The notes: generated by a model from the sequence alone, not told the origin. Positions 12,812-26,146 are shown, numbered from the stretch's first letter. The stretch is 64,000 nt of DNA from Eledone cirrhosa (GCA_964016885.1 OZ024745.1:52762001-52826000), one strand, 5' to 3'. A program made the numbers and translations.

Positions 12812-15800
12812 AGATAGACATCTTTCTTTATTTGCCACAGGGGTGTAAAAAAACGGGATATTACAAGACGTGACGGCGGGGGTTTTACATAAAAATAACT
12901 TTAAAATTAAAAGATAACAATAAACCATATATAATAAAATAACAATTGAAATCCCTAATAGAGGGAAACGTTACTGCAGGGTTATTTTACACCCCGTGGA
13001 TAGAACAACTCTCAACACCAGGAACACGTTTTGTAGGTGTTCCTGTCTTCCCTCTGTTTATCTTCTTCAACCTATAGATTTATATACAGAGAAAGCCCAT
13101 TCACTCGGGCCATTTCCGCCACATTCACCCACCTGTCAGAGAATTTACTGGGGTGTAGCACCTCTCTCTCCATTCTCACCTTCCTTCTGAAGTGATACTT
13201 AAAGAAGGGGATAAGTTGTTGTCCGGAGAGAAATGTGTTTGCCCTTAGTCCTTTTTAACCTCGTCCACCATATTACATTTTCGCCATAGCCACCAGACAG
13301 AGGAAATCCGCCTCTCCTTCGTTCTTAAATGAAGGCGGCGGGGTGATCCTCATGATGGACTCGGCTGACAGCTGGATGCGTCCCACACGTGACAGTAGCT
13401 ATTTGACATAATTCCACAGGTCGGTCACCCCTGGCCACTGAACAATTGCGTGCAGAACGTTTTCGATGTCCTGCTCGCATCTTGCACAGCTCCTTTTGGC
13501 AGGATCTCTGCCAGGGCGTCCGTAACTGTAGATTTCGTCTCGAACTGGTGGAGCTCCTCAGTAGCACTGCCAGGCCAGAGACCTCTGGGAGTTATCCATA
13601 GGCCCTGGACGGAAAATCCTCCCGAACTCACAGGTCAGTTCATCCTACTGGATGCCTAGAGTTTCCCCTAGAACGTCGTCGCACTTATCCTCCACTAATC
13701 CCCTATAGAATGTCGAAGTGGAGTCTCCGCTGATTGCCGTTTCCACTTCATAGAGGGCTGTGAGCGCCTGTAGGCACTCGAGGTGCCAGGCACCCAGTTT
13801 GGGTCTTCGCTTGACCCAGAACTGCAGCTCTGTTAGTGAGACGAGTTGTGGAAGAGCTTGTCTCACAAACGACAGCCACACCGGTTCACCGGTCAGAAAT
13901 ACCTGGAGATGGCGTAGCCTCAGCGCGTGTTTGCGCATCATCAGCCACGGCATGCCCAACCCTGCGTTAGAATGGTGTTGACAGCAGATGGATCTCCTCA
14001 CCAATGGAGCCTGTTTCTTTCAGAGGAACTTGAAGAATAGGCGTTCCATTTTGGTAAGGTATTCGCGAGGGCAAAGCACGACTGTCAAGCGATAGTAGAT
14101 GACGGACGCTATGTAAGTGGTCGCCACCTCCGCTCGACCTTTCACGGAGCCTTTTCACTTAGCTCACTTCTGGCTGAGTGCAAACACTTTCGCCGTGACC
14201 TCATTCCAGTTCTTGTCAACCTGGATGTCTGGACCAAACCAGACCCCGAGAAATTTCACTGGCCCTTCTGTCCAGCGTTCAACGACACTGTCGGAAGGCA
14301 TGGGTTTGCCTCTCCATGTGCCGAGTTGCAAACCGACATACTTGTTTGGGTTTAGTCTTGCTCCTGTCAACGTTTCGTATCCCTGCAATATGTTGCCGAT
14401 TATCCCGATTTCCAAGGTTTTCAACGCCATTACGCTTATGTCATCGGCATAGGCCCACGTTGCTTTCCGCAGTCCTGGTTCGATCGGCATGCCCTGCAAC
14501 AGCTGCAACTTCCGCAGTAATGGCTCGAGAGTCAGTACATACAGAATGGAGGAGAGAGAGCATCCCTGATGGATGGAACGCATGGTTTGGAATGTCTCTG
14601 ATAGGTAGCCATTCACCTTGAGTGCCGACCAGATGCTGGTGTGCATGGCAGCAATCCAGCCTCTGAAGACGGGACCGAAACCGGCCGACTTGAAAACTGC
14701 TTCCAAGTATTGATGGTCGACCCTATCAAATGCCTTAGACCGATCTAAATTGATCAGAGCCCCACTGAAGCCAGGTTTACACCCACCCTCTCTATGATGT
14801 ATCGCATGAGGTGGAGGTTGTCGTGTATCGACCTGGTCGGGATTGCACACGTTTGCGCTTCCCCTACCAGGTTCTCGACGACAAGCGCCAGCCTCGCTGC
14901 TAACACCTTGGCCAAAATCTTTAACTCTGTGTTGTGCAGAGTTATGGGCCTGAAATTGCTTATCTCATCCCCCTTGTTCTCATCATTCCTGATCAGCGTT
15001 ACTACGGCTCTACATACAGAACTGGGAATCCTCCCGTCCTGCTGCCAGTTGCATTAGACAGCTTCGATGACGCCAGAGAACAAGTCTGGCATGCCTATGT
15101 AAAACTCATAGGGTAGACATCTAAACCGGGTTATTTGCGTTTCCCGCAGCGGCCTAGGGCATCTTCTATTTCGCCCGCTGTGATCGGCCTTTCGCAGCTC
15201 TTCGAGTCGTGGTACGCCGTCGAGGTAGGAGCTGAAATCCATCACCTCGCTCGATATACCGCTTTGCCCGAACAGTTGTGCAAAATGCTCCTGGAAGGCC
15301 GTGCACATCTGCTTGGATTCAAGTATAATGCGTCCATCTTTGTCTTGCAAAGAACGAATTGTGGATTTGTGGCCATCTTTCGCTTCTGCCACTCGGGCCC
15401 AGCTAACAGATTTGGCTCCCTCCTTTCTTAGAGCACCTGTTCTACTTCTGACAATACAACCTTCGTGTTTCACGTTTAAGAACTGGTCTAGTGCCGTTCT
15501 CGCCGCTAGCACGTCAGCAGTACTGCCATTCATAAGTACCTCTTCTATTTTAGCTACCAGTTCTTTTCAGTTTTGTTTGTATCTAAAGCTACTTCCTTGT
15601 TAAATGCTACCGATTCTATTCTAATTGCTCTCTTGACAGAGCTCCACCACCTATTGTTGACGATCGCCTCCGTCAACTGGCACTTAACTAAGGTGCTAAT
15701 CCGCTAACTGTAGGCCTTACGCGCCGGGAGCGACATGTTTAGCTTCCAGTATCCGGATCCCTGTCTATGTGTTCTATCTAGGTTGACTATGCAGGTGACT

Positions 15801-15900
15801 AATATGTAGTCTGAATAGGCAACCATGTGCATTTGTGAACAGCTTAATGTTTCCTTATTCTGTATAATTAAACATCTAAATACGATCTAGAAGATCCAGT
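12812..15900 (-). mobile_element. 5'-truncated Tx1/L1-clade LINE (APE C-terminus, RT, Cys-rich C-terminus) with 10-bp TSD
   Basis: GC-richer block containing the APE tail (LDRI, SDY, GSGYWKLN), RT motifs LDRSKAFDRVDH, QGCSLS, YADD and KFLGV, and CARC...VLHA. AATAAA lies near the 3' end (~12826-12831, minus strand). TSD GCAGATTGAT at 12802-12811 and 15901-15910. Confidence 0.92.
14164..14850 (-). pseudogene. Reverse transcriptase core of the Tx1-like LINE (frameshifted ORF2 piece)
   Basis: 228-aa ORF with DxSKAFDRVDH, QGCxLS, AYADD and VKFLGVWFG. Adjacent ORF2 pieces lie in other frames. Confidence 0.92.
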
Positions 15901-16676
15901 GCAGATTGATTTATAGATAGATAGAGAGATGGATAGATAGATAAATAGATAGATAGATAGAGAGTGGGGACATTGTGAGGGAGAGAGACATTTTGAGAGA
16001 GAGAAAGGGTGAAATAGATATGTATAGGAACAAAGAGTACAGTGCGAGTAGATCGTAATTGATCATTATAGAGAATATTATAAACAAGTTTGTCAGACAT
16101 GAATATCTCTCAATTGGCTAGATGCTACTAATATGTCGTTAAAAATGTTCAAATATGAACTGAAATTCTGTCCAGCATATAATTTTCAGTTAACATCCCA
16201 TTCAGAAGATCGTGAGTTATTTAAAAAATACATTGCGTCTTCCACATATACCCTCTTGTGTTTATTGTGTTTATGGCAAGTAAAGGCGGGTCATCACACC
16301 ATGGCGTTGGTATAGTTGAACAGTTAAGAACATATCCAAACCACGTGAATCTGGATTCTCTTCGACTGGCTGGTTAACACATTGTATTAGACTATTCAGC
16401 ACTGTTTGTAATGATAATGTTGTGCAGGAAAACCTTTGAGAGAATATGTATATATATATAGATATAGATATATATATATACATATAACAGTCTGTTCTCC
16501 TGTATTTTACTTCTCCACGTGCTTACGCTCTGCTATTTCTCTCGCCCACTAGATATTAACACTTCTAATATTTTGCACTGCCGGCACTAGCATTGAGCAA
16601 ACTCTAGATACGCTATTTGGAAAATAACTACATGTATCACCTATCCTCCTTTTCTCTCTCTCGATACGTAAATACT

Positions 16677-16910
<234 letters not shown>

Positions 16911-19349
16911 GGTAGTATCTGGATATAGATTTTTACCCACATTTTCTTTTATTTCCAATCATTTTATTTCCAAGAATATGAAAAGTGTGCGGAAAATGTG
17001 CAAGTTTTGCAATAACTATATCTATCTCATTCACGTTTAATTGCTTGTGCTGTTGTGGCCCAAACCACCGCAAATCTTATAGAAATATTATAACAGACAT
17101 TCTTGAACGGAACACATATATTTCATGCTTTTGTTTATAAGTTAACTAAGGTTGGCAAGGTGTGGTTCTTAGTTCTAGAAAGTAGAGCGAGAATTACATT
17201 AGAGAAATTCATGTTGGCTGCTTATAGTTAATGGACTTGTTGGTTTGGTCTGCACCGCTATCAACACTGAATTTAAATGACTGTAATGAAATGTTTTCCA
17301 ATTGTGTTTGTTTCAAAATTGAACATGTTTATTCGTAAGATTTTGTTATTGTTTATTTATATCTTCTTTGAAATTATTAACACTTCCCTCAATTCCTCTG
17401 ATTTTAAAATGCCACATTATGTCATGTTACCTGAAGATGGATGGTGGCTGCTACTATTAGTTGCTGTTGTCTATTCTGTAGATTTCAATAAAAAAAAAAC
17501 ATAATCATAAGATGACAAAAAACAAGATAACAATAATAATCATCATCATCACCATTTGGAGATGAAGATGATGATGATAATGATGGTTATGATGCCGACG
17601 ATGATGATGAGGATGATGATGAAATGATACTAAAAAGAAAGTGAAACTGAAGATGGAGTAGAAAATGACAAAATGGGAAATACATTAAGTGCAAAACAAC
17701 AAGATAAATAACATACATCTAAGATGTAATTATAGTTTTCTCAAGAAAAATCGTATCTGAAATCATATTCTAGCAGACTTTTAATCTTCAGAATTACGAG
17801 AAGAATGCGCATGTCTCGACATTATTTCTTTATTTGAGACAAACTTTGTTTTACAATACATCTCTTCTGTCGATTTCCTTATCATTTCTATTTTTTTCAC
17901 TGAAATAATCTTGCTATTTATCTATGTCACCAAATTTCCATATATCATACCCATTAGTGCTACTGGAAATATTTTTCGTCTGTACTTTCCTCAAGATATA
18001 TTACAAATACAAATTTGGAATACGGGAATTATTTCTATCATTCAGTAATCTTGGTTTCTCCGTTGATAAACAACATATTTTCATAACTTGATTTTATATA
18101 CATGTTCTTTATTTTCTATGAATTGGAATATCAGAACATAAAACTATATGACTTCAAATATCAACAGATTCAAAATTGTCTATGATCTAGTCGAGGTGTC
18201 ATAAATATAAAAAGTAAAGATAAGGATGTAGAAATAATTGTTTAGGCAGTTTTCTTGTGCCACCTGCGTCATGGAAATAAGTTTTTTTTTTCTAAAAGAA
18301 TTTGTACTTAGTCTATAAAGATATTTTACATTTTATACAATTGGTAAAGTGAATCATACCAATTTAATTTGCAAGCATAATTTACAAGGAGGCCACATGA
18401 CATAACGATTCAAGGTCAATGGTATGAATGTACAACTAATGCTAAATGTAATGGACTATTTGTAATGTAGTAGCTATTATTATAGGTACTCATAAACTCT
18501 TCGCAAATGTACATAACCGTATGTAGTGTCATGTAAGGGGAAATCTGCTGTGCCTTAATTTTAATAACACAGAACAGCAATATTATTCAACGAAAGTAAC
18601 ATATATTATCTTACATACTTAATGCAGTAAGGCATTATTATTTGGAAACTAAACCAAGCTCGTCGAATGAGCAAAAAGAAATACAGGATAAGCGACAGTA
18701 GCAGTTGTAGCCTCATTTACCTGCATTAATAACATTTCTGGCAATGTTATCTCTGTAAATTATTGTCGTGTGAACACACATGTAGATTTCGTTATTCGGT
18801 AATGTGTAATCTTAAAGTCAATGTTGAGATTTCAAAATGAAAAGCTCTATTAATGGTTGGAAATGAACGCTACTTGTAAGATAACAAATAATATGAACTT
18901 TTTATATATTTTTTGCAGCGGGTTTTATTCAATTTTCGCTCAAAGTAGATTCAGAAGGTGAGTGTTATAATGCAAAACAGTATAGATATAATACGGAAGC
19001 ACAATCTTAAATTACCTCCCGGGAGCCTACTCTGTAACTAACCTTTAATTCAAAGAACACTTTAATCTTCCGTTGTATTCTCTGACGGGCTTCAGTCAAT
19101 AGACAGCAGCGATGTAACGGCACCCTCTTAAATGGATTCAGCCTATTTTATTGACCTTAAAACAAAATTTATCGAACTGTATTTTTTTAACTGTATAATA
19201 TGGAGCTTAAATAAACAAATGACACTAACCTAAATATAAGCAACAACGAATCATGTTAATCAGTAGTTTCACCTGAGTACTTACAAGATAGATTGGATGA
19301 AACGCCTACCATTGTGAGGAATATAATTAATCTCCACTTCCGTATTAAG

Positions 19350-20539
19350 TGCTTATTGACACGTTGAGGACACATGTATTTTTAGTCATTATTTTATTGA
19401 ACTTCCATTTCAGAAAATAACTATGCTTATTAATAAAATGAAAAGGCCTGCTGTGATTGTGGCTTTGAAGGCTAAGCATGGGGATTTAGAAATTTCTCGT
19501 TTTCTAAAAGTTGCAAGATCTTTTGTCCACAAGATTCGGTGTGAGTTAGAGAAAGAAGAGGGAAGCGTATTACCTGTATCAAAACGTACAAAACATTCCA
19601 AACGCTCTGATTCTATCAGGACACCTGAATTTATTCTGAGAATCCAGGAAAATCAATGAAGTCAATTGCAAAAAATTTGGTGTGTCAGAAAAAACAATCA
19701 GAAATGTTGTGCATGAAGACATCTGAAACAAATATTACGCAATGAGGAGAGGTCGATTCATGTCAGAATAAACAAGAGAAAAGCGTTTAATCAGATCCAA
19801 AAGACTTTTGGACAAACTTAAAAATCCATCTGAGGATGGTGTGATTTGGTTTTCCTCACATGAGAAAAACTTTGACCAGGACCACAAAACTAACAGAAGA
19901 AATGACAGGTGGCTATGTGCAGAGCCTTCTGATACTCCAAGAGTAATGCACACATAATCTCCTGCAAGTGTCATGGTTTTGGGTGTTGTTAGCAATGAAG
20001 GACATGTGATACCTCCTCACTTTTTTCCACAAGAACTTAGGGTGAAAACTGCTGCATATATTGAGGTTCTGGATAAAGTTGTTAAGCCCTGGATCAACAG
20101 TGTATGCAAAGGAAGGCCTTATGTCTTTCAACAAGATTCTGCACCATCACACAAGGCTCAAATAACACAAGAATGGATGGCTGACAAGTTGCATGATCAC
20201 ATCACCCCAACATTTGGCCTCCTAATTCTCCAGATCTCAATCCACTGGACTACTATGTATAGAGCATCGTTGAGAAAAATGTCAAAAGATTCTTTGAAAG
20301 CCGCCATAATTCGAGTCATGTCCGATATGAACAAGGAACACTTAATCCGAGCTTGCAAACGATTTCAACCCCGCGTAGAGGCTGTTATTGATGCTTATGG
20401 GGGTTATATTGAATGAAATTATTAAATTGATAATTTAGCTTTATGTTTATGCTATTGTCATAAGAATACATTTTTTTTTTAATATGAAAAGCGTGTTTTT
20501 AAAACCATAAATCAGCCCTCAAATACAGTCCGCAACCTG
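19350..20539 (+). mobile_element. Tc1/mariner-superfamily DD37D (maT-like) DNA transposon, decayed; only the 3' TIR is visible
   Basis: Broken transposase 19423-20416: WFSSHEKNF, RNDRWL, VMVLGVVS, FQQDSAPSH and, after a frameshift, WPPNSPDLNPLDYY, giving 37 residues between the 2nd and 3rd D. The right end ...CAGTCCGCAACCTG|TA abuts (TA)n. Confidence 0.88.
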
Positions 20540-20940
<401 letters not shown>

Positions 20941-21290
20941 AAGTAGAGATACATATGGATACAGTTAGTTAGATATTCGAAGAAAACGTTAGACATACAG
21001 CATTGGAGAGATAGAAAATAGACAGTCGATATATAGCATTCTAAACTCTTATAATTCTAAATCAATATTGTTTTCTTCACTAACACTAAAATACATTTTG
21101 ATTCTAGAGTCAATAAAATGATTTATATTATTTACCCCTAATATTTATACAAAAATATATATTTGATGGGGGTTTATATCCAAACCAGCTGGAGCTGTAC
21201 CACATCAACCAGCAAATTTTACACATAATTATACATAATCTATTTTATCTTAGACCAAATTATATATATACAAGCATGCACACTCAGATA

Positions 21291-21396
<106 letters not shown>

Positions 21397-21900
21397 GGGT
21401 GCTATATAACATATATATGTGACTTTGTCCTATAGATTTCAGTACTTTATATCTACTTGATTCCCCTATAAGTGTATTGTTGTGTTCGTTTTGCTACTTA
21501 ACATGAGTGTATGAAATATAATACTTTCTGTGAAATTAAAAGCGGTGTCTTGTTAATAAAATCTGCATATAATCACAAAAAGGGATAAATTCCAGTACGC
21601 TACAAATATAGATTTTCTTCAGCATAAAATTGTTAATATACGTATTAACTAAATATTCAATACTTTCCTTCCTGTAAAATATTATCCGTACTATATAAGG
21701 ACGAATTCAACGGATTGTTACTTAAATAAATTTACCGAAGATACATTCAGAAATTTAACACAATAAAACGTGTGATTTTGTTCCATAAAATTCGATATAT
21801 ATATATATACAATCGGGAAAAAACTATGCACACACACACATATATATACATATATATATATATACACGCACACACACACATATGTATATATATGTATATG

Positions 21901-21985
<85 letters not shown>

Positions 21986-22750
21986 GTATTGTGTATGTAT
22001 AAGAATATGTATATATATATATATATATTAATAGTTTTTTCCCGAATATATTGATTTAGAGTACAATTTGTTAAAACAATAACAAAGGGGAATTAAAGAA
22101 AAAGACATATTTGAACAGATTCCAAAACTGTGAATCATTTGATAACATGCCAGAAACACTCAACTTTAGTATTCCATTGTGGCAATGGTTGACTTCTATC
22201 ACATTCTCCCCACTTACAAAGTCGATTCAATAACAATATTATCTAAAATATATATGACATCCATGTGATTATATTGATGAGGTTGGGCAACGAATAACAT
22301 TAAGCCCTAAAGCTGGATATAAATCGTTGCCAAAGGCAACCGAACTTTAATTTGCTTTACACATACATGCCGCAAAATATCCTCTCTCTTCTTTTACATA
22401 TGATATAATCTTATACCCATGCGTGTTGTGGATATATAAATGTGCGTGAAACTAGGCACTTGGGTATGTGTATATAAGGTTTGAATGTGTATAAATTCTT
22501 TAAGTATGCATGCGTGTATGTATTGTTGAAATTGAAACTTGTTTTGTGCCTGTGTTTCCCAATACAGAAATAGAAAACGAAATGTGTGTAATAGCTGTGA
22601 TGACAAAACGTATTATAGGAAACTCACCAGAAAATGAGAGCGTAAATCGAAATAGGGATGGGTATCTTAAACTATAGTTTTAATACGTACGTATGTAACA
22701 TTGAATGTATGTGTCGGTGAGTGGATATGTTCATGTATATTTATATACAC

Positions 22751-22786
<36 letters not shown>

Positions 22787-22837
22787 AAAGGATAACAAGG
22801 ACGATTGATTACTCCTTCATTGAATGTATTGATAGGT

Positions 22838-22916
22838 GACGCGCGTTTCGCCACTGATCAGCTCAAGGTTCGATCTGTATCGATCCTACAAGACTCAATA
22901 ATCGGCGGCTCGACGG
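22838..22916 (-). ncRNA. Degenerate hammerhead-like motif with long stem II, inside a (TA)n-flanked insert (22785-22983)
   Basis: Minus strand: CCGTCGA (cf. CUGACGA), GCCGCCGATT...GATCAGTGGC stem, then GAAAC GCGC GTC. The core has two substitutions and stem I is not evident. Confidence 0.45.
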
Positions 22917-22980
22917 AAGTGAACCTAATCATAGAGTGCTCACCCGAGTGAACCTGCAGTAACTCCAAGTTACACACCCT

Positions 22981-23024
<44 letters not shown>

Positions 23025-23051
23025 AAAAAAAGATGATATCGAAAATGCAAC

Positions 23052-23283
23052 TGGAGTCTTATTTTTAAAAAAATATATATATATTTATTTGGTTCCTTTA
23101 CCGGTTTCGCCGTTCTTCTGCTTTTCAAAAGTAGAGTTAAGATGGAGGGTCTGTAGTTTTCTGACACCATGTGAGAAAAACCACAGACCTCCATCTTAAG
23201 TCTACTTTTGAAAAGCAGAAGAACTGCGAAACCGGTAAAGGAACCAAATAAATATATATATATTATTTTTTAAAATAACACTC

Positions 23284-23285
<2 letters not shown>
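23052..23285. repeat. Long inverted repeat (fold-back, ~115-bp arms) with an HHR-like core in each arm
   Basis: Arms are near-complementary around ~23168. The right arm reads CTT-TTGAAAA-GCAG aagaa CTGC-GAAACCGGTA-AAG (23205-23240) followed by AATAAA. Confidence 0.85.
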
Positions 23286-23329
<44 letters not shown>

Positions 23330-23390
23330 ATATATAGAGAAACACACAGTTGCATGCGGACACATACATACACATGATGTACCAACCAGG

Positions 23391-23458
<68 letters not shown>

Positions 23459-23479
23459 CATTAATCAGTATACACTGAT

Positions 23480-23775
23480 CATGAAAAGCTCAGAGCTGTA
23501 TGGGAGCCTCCCAAATGTCAGCTCAAAGTGATTCAGAGGAGACCGAGGTGAGCTGGACATACTCACCGACATCCAGAGTTTACATTGCAATCAGTGCTCC
23601 TGTAGGAGCCCCTACATGGACACACTGGAAGAGGAAGTCCAAGTTTAACGTATGTTGATGCCCTAAGGACAGACACTGATCTGTTGGAGACGCAGGACAT
23701 GGCAGCGATAATGAGGGACAGAGACCGCTGGAGAGAGCTTGTCCATTGATTTCGGGAATTTTACCCGCCCTAGAT
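23480..23775 (+). mobile_element. RTE/RTE-X-like LINE 3' fragment
   Basis: [11 protein letters not shown]...RRPR*AGHTHRHPE...VLL*EP.HGHTGRGSPSLTYVDALRTDT...MAAIMRDRDRWRELV matches the RTE C-terminal consensus (RLRFAGH...LLW.P.HG..RGRP..TY.D.L..D...M.DR..WR). Confidence 0.75.
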
Positions 23776-23873
23776 ATATAACGAAAGATTAGTATGGTTC
23801 GTTGATTACTCAATGAATAGAATTTCACAATAGATTAGAAGCACTCAACAAAAACGTTTTCCTGGAGTATTTA

Positions 23874-24210
23874 ATATTATTCAAATTATTAATAAATGAA
23901 AAATATTCTCATAATCAAAATATATACTTTATTATACACATTTCAAAGGTACTGTATTGTTTTTTCAGTACGTCCTCATCAGACAAAATATATGATTTGA
24001 TATATGACATACCGCTACGGTCTTGATTATTCAATTCCAGTATTGGCAGTACTGGAATTGAATAATCAAGACCGTAGCGGTATGTCATATATGAAATCAT
24101 ATATTTTGTCTGATGAGGACGTACTGAAAAGACGACACAGTACCTTGGAAATATGTATAATAAAGAATATATTTTGATTATGAGAATATTTATCATTTGT
24201 TAATATTTTG

Positions 24211-24217
<7 letters not shown>
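23874..24217. repeat. Long inverted repeat (~170-bp arms), each arm with a CUGAUGA...GAAA hammerhead-like motif
   Basis: Centre ~24046. The + arm has CTGATGA (24110-24116), a GTACTG/CAGTAC stem and GAAATATGTA (24148-). The mirror copy lies on the - strand at ~23935-23982. Confidence 0.85.
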
Positions 24218-24306
<89 letters not shown>

Positions 24307-24397
24307 GTAAAGAGGGGGGGGGGGAGATAAATAAATAGATATAGGGACTGCAACGTCCAACTACTGTAATAAACAAATCGTCGTTGTTTTTATAATT

Positions 24398-24439
<42 letters not shown>

Positions 24440-24467
24440 TTATATATATATACATATAGATATATAT

Positions 24468-24530
<63 letters not shown>

Positions 24531-24531
<1 letters not shown>

Positions 24532-25322
24532 AATCATGTCTATAGAATCATCAGATATTATAATATATACTATTTCTTCTTCTAATTAGCATAATTAACC
24601 ATATACAAAATCAAATCTAGCAAGCTTTAAGAATAAATTTTCTTATGGGGAAATCTCCGACAAACAATTGATCATAGCCTCTTCGCGGCAGCCCCGTTCC
24701 ATTATTTATCCAACATTTCGGCAGCATGCAGAATCCGACCAAGTATACCATCAACCACACACAATTAGTTATAAAATTAAACTTAGAAGAAATGCGCACA
24801 TACCGTAATTATATCTCTACCATGGTTTCTTCCTTATTTAGGACATCCAAATAATAGGAATTATCCAGAGTTAGGATTCCTCAGGAGATGAACTCAAAAT
24901 CAGACATTTAGTTTTTCTAACTGATCGCGCCAAATTTAAATTAAAAAATTGCTAAAATCGCTATGTAGCTGTGTTCCAGCCAGAGAGAAAGCGTGTGATT
25001 GGTTGCTTACGGCGGGTAGGCTTGCTGCTAGAAAGCGCAGCCATATATCGCCAAATTTAATCTCAACCAATTGGGAGATTATTAAATATAAAGGTTATCA
25101 TATACATAAAACTAAAGGTATATATATGTTGCAACTGTTCACTTTTAAGCTCAATGAAGAATTAATAAATTAAAATAAAAAAATCAGAGCATTATATCAT
25201 AAATCATGTCTATAGAATCATCAGATATTAAAATATATACTATTTCTTCTTCTAATTAGCATAATTAACCATATACAATTGTTTGTCGGAGATTTCCCCA
25301 TAAGAAAATTTATTCTTAAAGC
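24531..25322. mobile_element. Unclassified non-coding element with 78-bp direct repeats and a 47-bp inverted repeat
   Basis: Direct repeat 24531-24608 = 25201-25278 (1 mismatch). Inverted repeat 24624-24670 vs 25276-25322. Adjacent to (TA)n. Confidence 0.6.
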
Positions 25323-25423
25323 GTTAATATCATCCACTACCCGGAATACCATAACTGGACTTTTATCTCTACATTGTCCTTCAGTACATCTTATGATATA
25401 TTCAGTACATCTTATGCTATATT

Positions 25424-25599
25424 CAATATAGCATAAGATGTACTGAAGGACAATGTAGAGATAAAAATATAGTGTACATAGGTGAGACAGCTGATAGTAT
25501 AGGGAATGGATAAATGAACACTGGCGAGACCTTCAAGATAGTAAAGAATCATCTGTACTCTACCAACATGCTAAAATAGAACATAAGGGTAAATTAGAG
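25424..25599 (+). pseudogene. GIY-YIG endonuclease fragment (PLE type)
   Basis: QYSIRCTEGQCRDKNIVYIGETADSIG/(frameshift)EWINEHWRDLQDSKESSVLYQHAKIEH fits the PLE pattern Y.I.C..C....YIGET.R....R..EH...S.L..H....H. Not in the ORF track. Confidence 0.82.
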
Positions 25600-25933
25600 A
25601 ACATAGAAATAAAAATAGAATCTACACACAGAAAAGACGCAAATGTTTAGACAAATCACAGAGGCAATAAACATAAATGAACTCCAAAAAAATTAAATAG
25701 AAAACATGAGTGGAACAGCAACAGCTCAACTTACAATTAAGGACAAAATGAAAACACACACGCACATAGAACAAACAACCAACCAGTAACATGTAAATAA
25801 ACACATAAATAAACGAATATAACAGACACCCGGATGTAACCCATGCAAAAGTAAGCACACAACACACACACAAAAACAAGATGGCGTAGGACAGAACAAA
25901 GGAGAGGCACACAAACAAAGAAAAGAATCCCCA

Positions 25934-25976
25934 GTCACTGAAGAGGTCACAAAATGCGTGACGAAAGAACTTTGAC
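25934..25976 (+). ncRNA. Minimal type I hammerhead ribozyme (PLE pLTR type)
   Basis: GTCA-CTGAAGA-G-GTCAC aaaatgc GTGAC-GAAA-G aa C TT-TGAC: stem I GTCA/TGAC, 5-bp stem II, minimal stem III, CUU triplet. Confidence 0.72.
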
Positions 25977-26146
25977 AATATATAAACAATCATCTGGTTG
26001 TGGAACCAACCAACCGGAAATTTATAAATTCCTAAATTTATAAATTTATTACAATAAATTGAAATGAAGGCAACTGGTGCGTGTATTTCTTATTGGCAAC
26101 ATGACCCTCCCAAAGTATAACAATATCGGTTTCAACACACAAATTA

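Larger units (their letters stand above)
25362..25990 (+). mobile_element. Penelope-like element (PLE) 3' remnant: inverted 5' piece, GIY-YIG fragment, 3' region, HHR
   Basis: GIY-YIG at 25424-25599 and HHR at 25934-25976 lie on the same strand. 25362-25422 is an inverted copy of 25425-25467 carrying an internal 21-bp duplication. Confidence 0.75.
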
